Origin: an uncultured bacterium
GTDB lineage: Bacteria; Abyssobacteria; SURF-5
NCBI GenBank assembly: GCA_964607485.1
Contig: CAZSKP010000013.1
Location: 21,366 to 85,365, forward strand
DNA: 64,000 bases
Direction: 5' to 3'
A model generated the notes under the pieces. The model saw nothing but the letters and a program-made list of their open reading frames with translations, had not been told where the DNA came from and did not search any database. Position 1 is the stretch's first letter. Each line of letters starts with the position of its first letter. Of the stretch, positions 57,838-64,000 are shown piece after piece. The translations under genes were made by a program, and so were the position numbers.

Positions 57838-59382
57838 ATGGTATCGTGCAAGACCGGCTCGCTGAAATCCTCTTTGCCTCCGCCGTCCCGGAGCACTCCG
57901 CTGACTCTTATCCTCGTCCTTTTCATCATTGTTGACATCGGGCTGTTGCTCTTCGGGCTGTCCAGCCCGTTCGGGGGATTCCATGGTCTCCAGGAAGCAT
58001 GGTATTCAGCGATCGCCAAGAATTACTCTTCGCACTCGCTTCTCATGCCCACCACCTACGATAATAGGCTTGACCTCAATGTTCCTCCATTGCTCTCATA
58101 CTTTGTTTGGTTGAGCTTTTCCGTGCTGAGGCCGACCGAACTGGCGGCGAGGCTGGTTCCCGTCTGCTTTGCATTGTTGTCATTGGCGGGAGTGTATCTG
58201 TTGGGCCGGCTCATGTTTCGGAAGGACGCCGGACTCGAAGCGGCCGCCCTTTTTGCCTCAACTCCCATATTCCTGATACTGGGCCGAAACGTGCAGACCG
58301 AGATATTGTTTGTCGCGCTATCCCTGTTTTTTCTATATTTCTATCTGAAGGCGAATCGGAGCGGCAGGAGATCCGACATCGTGCTGGCCGGCCTTTTCCT
58401 CGGGGCCGCGTTGTTCAGCAAACAGTTCGCTGTGCTCCCGCTGATAGCTCTCATCCTCTGGGAACTGCTTGGGAGCGAGAGGCGTCGTTTGGTCAGGCGC
58501 GACTTTGTGCTGTTCTTGTTAATCGGCGGATGCGTTCTTGTTCCCTTCTACGGTTACCATCTTTTGCATGACCCCGCCTATTTGCTTCACGCGCAGCTTC
58601 ACGGTTCGGCAAGCAGAGCCAGCCTGGCCTCAGGCTTCACACTCAGCTTCCTGGTGAGTGAGATTTTTTGGGGATGTTCGCCCCTTCTTCTCATCGGCGG
58701 GCTGGCCGGGCTGGGCCTTGCGCTACGGCAGCGCGAAAGGTATGGGGCGTTGGCCGGTCTCGTGATCGGCTGTTTTTTTGTTTTCTACCTGTTTCTGCAC
58801 AAACACAGCTACTACTTCTTTGGAATGGTCCCCTTTTTGGCTCTCTGTTTCACGGACCTTGCGGAGCGAATGCCCGCAAAGGTTTATGCGGCAGGCTTGA
58901 CCGTGACACTCCTCACGGCTACCCTGTTGGCGGCGTATCAATTGGCAGGCTGCAAATACGGCTTCGATGAATTCAAGCAGTTGAGCGCGTACATCAACTC
59001 ATGCAAGCGGCCGGTCATTATGGTGGACCGCTCTTTTTACTACAGACCTCTCTTCAAGTACTATTCGGAGAACGTCGTGGTACTGCTTCGGAATTCGGAC
59101 CTTTCGCCGTCCGAGAAGGAATCGCTGAGGAGCGCCGACAAGGTCTTCTCCTTTTCCGTTGTCCCGCTGAGCGGGGCCGGGGCTGAGATAATTCCCATCA
59201 AGGGCGTGAGATACGGCCTGAGGCTGGGCGGCCGAATCTACGTTCACACGCCGCCCAATGAACACTTCTTCACGCCTTCGTCTCCCATCGAACTCAAAGA
59301 CTGCGATGTCATCCGCTCGTTCGGCCCGTTCGTGAAAATTGAACGAACCAGCTTCTACCTCATCGCCGGCCCGCCGATGTGA
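57838..59382 (+). CDS. ArnT/PMT_2-like GT-C membrane glycosyltransferase
   Basis: QEAWY..IAKNY, VPPL, ELAARL, QTE, GAALFSKQ; many TM segments. Confidence 0.78.
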   Translation: MVSCKTGSLKSSLPPPSRSTPLTLILVLFIIVDIGLLLFGLSSPFGGFHGLQEAWYSAIAKNYSSHSLLMPTTYDNRLDLNVPPLLSYFVWLSFSVLRPTELAARLVPVCFALLSLAGVYLLGRLMFRKDAGLEAAALFASTPIFLILGRNVQTEILFVALSLFFLYFYLKANRSGRRSDIVLAGLFLGAALFSKQFAVLPLIALILWELLGSERRRLVRRDFVLFLLIGGCVLVPFYGYHLLHDPAYLLHAQLHGSASRASLASGFTLSFLVSEIFWGCSPLLLIGGLAGLGLALRQRERYGALAGLVIGCFFVFYLFLHKHSYYFFGMVPFLALCFTDLAERMPAKVYAAGLTVTLLTATLLAAYQLAGCKYGFDEFKQLSAYINSCKRPVIMVDRSFYYRPLFKYYSENVVVLLRNSDLSPSEKESLRSADKVFSFSVVPLSGAGAEIIPIKGVRYGLRLGGRIYVHTPPNEHFFTPSSPIELKDCDVIRSFGPFVKIERTSFYLIAGPPM

Positions 59383-59505
59383 ACCGAGGAGACGATCTGC
59401 CGTAGATTCAGGACCGTCCTCGTCGCGGGCCACGTATCAGACAGATTCGCAACCCCCCTTGCGTATCGCTCTCGATTGTGTAATAGATTGATGAACGGAG
59501 GAGCG

Positions 59506-60645
59506 ATGAAACTGCCGAGACATGCCCAGAAAAGAGGCTGCACCGCGATTATTCCGCTGCTCGTCCTCGCATTCGCTTTCTCCTGCTCGCGAGCAAGCGG
59601 CGAGCAGGACCTGCCGCTCGACTTAATCAAACTCCCCTCGGGCTTCGAAATCGCTGTTTATGCCGACAATGTGCCCGGCGCGCGCTCGATGACGCTCGGC
59701 TCGGACGGCACACTGTTCGTCGGCACGCGTGGCGCCGGAAACGCGTACGCCGTCCTGGACCGTAACCATGATGCCAAAGCCGACGAAGTGCTCACCATCG
59801 CGCGCGGACTGAACATGCCGAACGGCGTGGCGTTCCGCGACGGCGCGCTCTACGTGGCAGAGGTCAGCCGAGTGCTTCGGTACGATGACATCGAATCGCG
59901 TCTGACCGACCCGCCGACACCAGCAATCGTCAACGACAGTTTCCCGCAAGACACGCACCACGGCTGGAAATTCATTCGCTTCGGGCCCGATGGAATGCTC
60001 TACGTTCCCGTGGGAGCGCCGTGCAACGTGTGCGAGCGAGACGACGAGCGATACGCCTCGATCATGCGGATGAAATCCGACGGCAGTGGGCTGGAGCTGT
60101 TCGCGAGCGGCGTTCGTAACACGGTCGGGTTCGACTGGCATCCCGAAACGAAGGAACTCTGGTTCACCGATAACGGGCGCGACTGGATGGGCGACAATCA
60201 GCCGCCCGACGAATTGAACCGCGCTTCCCGACAGGGGCTGCACTTCGGATTTCCGTATTGTCACGGCGGCGATGTGCCCGACCCCGAGTTCGGCCAAGAG
60301 CGCTCATGCGACGAGTTTGTCCCGCCCGAAATGAAACTCGGCCCGCACGTCGCATCACTCGGCATGCGCTTCTACACGGGCGCAATGTTCCCGAGCGAAT
60401 ATCGGAACCAGATTTTCATCGCGGAACACGGCTCATGGAATAGGAGCATCCCCATCGGATACCGTCTGACGCTCGTGCGGCTCAAGGAAGGTCATGCGGC
60501 GAGCTACGAGGTGTTCGCGGAAGGCTGGCTGCAGGGCGGGGTCGCATGGGGCCGCCCCGTCGACGTGCTCGTCATGCCCGACGGCGCCCTCCTCGTTTCC
60601 GACGACCGCGCCGGCGCCATCTACCGGATCAGCTACCGAAAATAG
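59506..60645 (+). CDS. PQQ-dependent sugar/sorbosone dehydrogenase family beta-propeller, probable lipoprotein
   Basis: AFS-C lipobox-like site, LPSGFEI, HHGWKFIRFGPDG, GAPCNVC, GVRNTVG, TDNGRD, EHGSWNR, GRPVDV, LVSDD. ATG59506 follows GGAGG. Confidence 0.9.
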   Translation: MKLPRHAQKRGCTAIIPLLVLAFAFSCSRASGEQDLPLDLIKLPSGFEIAVYADNVPGARSMTLGSDGTLFVGTRGAGNAYAVLDRNHDAKADEVLTIARGLNMPNGVAFRDGALYVAEVSRVLRYDDIESRLTDPPTPAIVNDSFPQDTHHGWKFIRFGPDGMLYVPVGAPCNVCERDDERYASIMRMKSDGSGLELFASGVRNTVGFDWHPETKELWFTDNGRDWMGDNQPPDELNRASRQGLHFGFPYCHGGDVPDPEFGQERSCDEFVPPEMKLGPHVASLGMRFYTGAMFPSEYRNQIFIAEHGSWNRSIPIGYRLTLVRLKEGHAASYEVFAEGWLQGGVAWGRPVDVLVMPDGALLVSDDRAGAIYRISYRK

Positions 60646-60851
60646 CCGCCGGAGACCGGTCTTCCTCCATTTGAAATCGGGCGATTGCGAATATCCCGCC
60701 GATACACCGGGAATCCATTCTTCCGTCTTCCCTTAATATGCTATGCGCGCAAAACCGAGGGGCGAGGGTTGCAGAACCTCATCAACCGCCGCGGTGACCT
60801 AATCACGTATCTCCTTATAATGAAAAAGCTTACCGACTATAGTCGGCTAAG

Positions 60852-60880
60852 TTGACGCCTCCGACAGCGTATGGTAGAAT
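60852..60880 (+). promoter_or_regulatory. Sigma70-type promoter with adjacent palindrome
   Basis: TTGACG-17 nt-TAGAAT with extended -10 TG; perfect palindrome CCGACTATAGTCGG at 60833-60846. Confidence 0.6.
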
Positions 60881-61020
60881 TTATACAGAATTTCTCTTCT
60901 ATTCACGGTTTTTTCGATTTTCAGCGACAGTTACGACTATATAGTGGACTGTCAGTTACTCTCGTTCTTGTCCAAGGCTGGGTTGTCCACCGTACTAGGA
61001 GACTGGAGGGGATGGGATTT

Positions 61021-62349
61021 ATGAAGAGGTTCGTGTCTTTTGCCGCTCTGCTCACGTTGGTGTCGATCATCTTTGCGCCGGGGATGGTCTACGGCGCCAT
61101 TTACATCGTGCCTGATGATGCTGCAACAATTCAGGAGGCACTGGATTTGGCGGAATCTCTTGACACCGTCATTGTGAGTAATGGCATCTATGCCGGTCCC
61201 GGCAACAGGAACCTCGATTTCCAGGGCAAGGCGATAACGCTGAGTTCGGAAAACGGAGCTGCAAACTGCATAATTGACTGCGAGGGAAGCGGCAGGGGCT
61301 TCTACTTTCATAGCGGCGAAACATCTTCGTCGGTGGTGGACGGTTTTACGATCATCAACGGCGTTACTATTTATTCGGGGCCATTCCCCAACGGTTGGGG
61401 CGGCGCGATCCTGTGCGTCGACTCTTCGAGTCCTACTATCACCAACTGCGTCATCAGAAACAGTTCAGCGTTCTCGGGTGGTGGGATCGAGTGCTATGCG
61501 TACTGCTCGCCGACAATCGCAAACTGTCTCATTCGAGCGAACACGGCACAGTGGGGTGGGGGTATCACCTGCAACTTCAGCTCTTCGCCGACTATCACGA
61601 ACTGCACATTTTACGGGAACACCGCCCAGGGCGGGGGAGGAATCTACACTGCCAACTTATCCTGGCCCATTATCACCAACTCTATCATGTGGAACGATTC
61701 GGCGCCTTACGGGCCGGAACTGGGGGTCGTGCAGGATTCCGACGTGACCGTCAACTATAGTGATGTCAAGGGTGGCCAGGCAGGCGCGTTTGTAGATACA
61801 GACTCCGTACTCCACCTGGGCGCCGGAAATTTCTCCTCCAACCCGTTTTTTGTTTCCGGTCCGCTCGGCGGCTGTTACCTGGCTCAGATTGCCGCGGGGC
61901 AGGGCGCCAACAGCCCATGCATAAACGCGGGAAACGATAGCGCCGCCAATCTTGGGCTTGACGTGTTCACGACGCGGACGGACCATGTCGGCGATGCAGG
62001 CACTGTTGACCTCGGATTCCATTATCAGATTGTCTCGTTAACCGAATTGACACAGATCAACTGCACATTCCCGGCGAATGAATCCACCTTAGACACCGCG
62101 CCGACCTTCGTCTGGACGCCCAATGGCGGCATGGACAATGTTTTTGTGGTCGATATGGCCCTGTCGCCCAGCGGCCCGGTCTTTACAACACCCGTTATTC
62201 ACGGAACGAGTTGGGCCATGCCCGCACGGGTGTGGGATTCGGTTCCAGGGGGAAGCTTCGTATATTGGAGGGTACGCGGAGCCGACCTGTACCACTCACC
62301 TTTGACAATCATCGCAAGCGACGAAATATGGCGGCTCCACAAGCCGTAA
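61021..62349 (+). CDS. Secreted right-handed beta-helix (pectin lyase-like, GGAI/GGGI repeats) protein with C-terminal beta domain
   Basis: Signal peptide, VPDDAATIQEA, repeats of GG(A/G)I.C...SSPTITNC.I..N.A, SPCINAG, DLGFHY. Start ATG61021 by RBS spacing. Confidence 0.85.
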   Translation: MKRFVSFAALLTLVSIIFAPGMVYGAIYIVPDDAATIQEALDLAESLDTVIVSNGIYAGPGNRNLDFQGKAITLSSENGAANCIIDCEGSGRGFYFHSGETSSSVVDGFTIINGVTIYSGPFPNGWGGAILCVDSSSPTITNCVIRNSSAFSGGGIECYAYCSPTIANCLIRANTAQWGGGITCNFSSSPTITNCTFYGNTAQGGGGIYTANLSWPIITNSIMWNDSAPYGPELGVVQDSDVTVNYSDVKGGQAGAFVDTDSVLHLGAGNFSSNPFFVSGPLGGCYLAQIAAGQGANSPCINAGNDSAANLGLDVFTTRTDHVGDAGTVDLGFHYQIVSLTELTQINCTFPANESTLDTAPTFVWTPNGGMDNVFVVDMALSPSGPVFTTPVIHGTSWAMPARVWDSVPGGSFVYWRVRGADLYHSPLTIIASDEIWRLHKP

Positions 62350-62374
62350 GAGAGACTTCTACGCTTGAATCCCC

Positions 62375-64000
62375 TCAGCTTATCTGAACGAGCACGGTGC
62401 CTTTTTTCACCGAGTCGCCGATTTTGCAGTTGATGGCGAGCACCTTGCCGCCGGCGGGGGCGGTGAGCGTGTTCTCGACCTTCATCGCTTCGAGGATGAC
62501 GACGGCGTCGCCCTCGCTGACCGAGTCGCCCTCTTTCACGAGCACGTTGATGATGACGCCGGGCATCGGCGCAGTTACACCAGCGGCGCCAGCGACGACC
62601 TTTGGAGCAGCCTTCTCGGCGGGCTTCGGCGCCGGCTTCTGAGCGGGGGCGGTCGCAACGGGAGTCGCAGCCGGCGCGGCGGCTGGCCTCGTGATGTTCT
62701 GCACTACGGGCGTTCCGCCCGCCTCATCGACGGCCACCTTGAAATATTCGCCATCCACGAACACGTTGAACGTGCGCGCGCCCGGTCCCTGCGGCGGCGC
62801 TTCCTTCGGGGGCTTCTCCACCAACTCTCCCTTGAGCGCCTTCTGGACGATTGCTCTCTCGCGCTCGACGTCCTCGAGCGTCTTGGGTTTCACAGCATCG
62901 GGCACGGGCTCGAGGCCGTACTTCCACCGGAGGAACCGCTTGCCGGTCACCGGATACAGCGCCGCGATGAGCACATCGGTGTCGCTCTTTGCGAGGCCCT
63001 TTGTCTCTTCGCGCGCCTTGTCCATGCCGGGCTCGAGCAGGTCGGCTGGCCGCTTCTTCGTCGGCGTCTGGCCGCGTGAGTAATCCTTCAGCCCGATCTT
63101 CTGGACCTTCTTGTCGATGGGCGCGGGGGTGCGCCCATACAAACCGTAGAGGTAATCCTTCACCTGGTCGGAGATCATCTTGTAGCGTCCGAACAGCACG
63201 TTTTGGACGGCCTGTATGCCGACTATCTGGCTCGTCGGCGTGACGAGCGGCGGATAGCCGAGTTCCTTCCGCGTTTTGGGCAGTTCCTCATAGACCTCGA
63301 TGATGCGGTCGAGCGCGTCGGCCTCGCGGAGCTGACTGACCAGATTGGTGGTCATCCCGCCGGGTATCTGATGCACGAGCACACGTGTATCCACGACGGC
63401 CATCGTCGTTGTGTCCATGTATTCGCGATACTTCGGCGCGATAGACTCGACGTATTGCCCCAGCTCGACCAGGTCGTTCAGGTCCAGCCCCGGGTCGCGG
63501 TCGGTTCCCTGCAGGGCGACGACGATGGGCTCGACCGCCGGCTGCGACGACCTGAGCGCGAACGGCGCGAGCGCAGTATCGATGATGTCCACTCCCGCCT
63601 CGACGGCCTTGAGATAGCTCATCGACGCCATCCCGCTTGTGTAGTGGGTATGAAGGCAGATGGGAATATCGACGGCGTCCTTCAGCGCGCTGATGAGGTC
63701 GTAGGCGTCGAGCGGCGAGATGAGGCCGGCCATGTCCTTCACGCACAGGATGTCCACGCCCATCTTCTGGAGGGTCTTCGCCTTTTCGACGTAGTACTTG
63801 ATGTTGAACACCGGCCCGCCCAGCCGCCGCTCGGTGAGCGAGTAGCATATGGTTCCCTGTATGCGCTTGCCCGCCTGCTTAATGGCGTCGAACGCGGTCT
63901 CGAAGTTACGCTCGTCGTTCAACGCGTCGAACACGCGGAACACGTCCACGCCCGCCTCTGCCGCCTCCTTCACGAATGCGCGCACGACGTCGTCGGGATA
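62375..64000 (-). CDS. Pyruvate carboxylase subunit B / oxaloacetate decarboxylase alpha-like carboxyltransferase with biotinyl domain, 5' end outside the window
   Basis: FRVFDALND, VKDMAG, HTH, HQIPGGM, GYPPLVTPTSQIVG, Ala/Pro linker, APMPG, ILEAMKVEN. Confidence 0.93.
   Translation of the reverse strand, partial: YPDDVVRAFVKEAAEAGVDVFRVFDALNDERNFETAFDAIKQAGKRIQGTICYSLTERRLGGPVFNIKYYVEKAKTLQKMGVDILCVKDMAGLISPLDAYDLISALKDAVDIPICLHTHYTSGMASMSYLKAVEAGVDIIDTALAPFALRSSQPAVEPIVVALQGTDRDPGLDLNDLVELGQYVESIAPKYREYMDTTTMAVVDTRVLVHQIPGGMTTNLVSQLREADALDRIIEVYEELPKTRKELGYPPLVTPTSQIVGIQAVQNVLFGRYKMISDQVKDYLYGLYGRTPAPIDKKVQKIGLKDYSRGQTPTKKRPADLLEPGMDKAREETKGLAKSDTDVLIAALYPVTGKRFLRWKYGLEPVPDAVKPKTLEDVERERAIVQKALKGELVEKPPKEAPPQGPGARTFNVFVDGEYFKVAVDEAGGTPVVQNITRPAAAPAATPVATAPAQKPAPKPAEKAAPKVVAGAAGVTAPMPGVIINVLVKEGDSVSEGDAVVILEAMKVENTLTAPAGGKVLAINCKIGDSVKKGTVLVQIS

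Overview
A 64 kb chromosomal window from a GC-rich (about 60% by eye) bacterium. The gene content (OmpA, BON, ExbBD; Por, Ior, FrhB-like, Fe-S enzymes) points to an anaerobic diderm, possibly from a poorly characterised lineage (inference). Housekeeping genes: ligA, acyP, dapF, ddl, cspA, rnr-argCJB, porCDAB, tRNA-Ala(CGC), and a partial biotin carboxyltransferase. Envelope genes: four GT-C-type membrane glycosyltransferases, a GT2, a sulfatase-like protein, a B12 radical SAM enzyme and a beta-helix surface protein. Accessory modules: (1) an AKR-LeuC-LeuD-ICL/PEPM operon resembling dmdAB-dml, converging on a SAF-less UxaA; (2) a strong promoter followed by a ~470 nt AGGA-rich structured non-coding stretch, then a PPEP/lethal-factor-like lipoprotein; (3) a low-GC m4C restriction-modification cassette; (4) a tandemly duplicated unrecognised secreted domain, once fused to TSP3-OmpA and once alone; (5) a giant TPR protein-ExbB-ExbD-truncated TonB-like-membrane zinc-ribbon cluster; (6) an FrhB-like-IorAB-amino acid dehydrogenase-DUF2284 operon; (7) a low-GC ddl. 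No CRISPR array, rRNA, transposase or integrase was seen. All calls come from motif reading by eye; no database searches were run.
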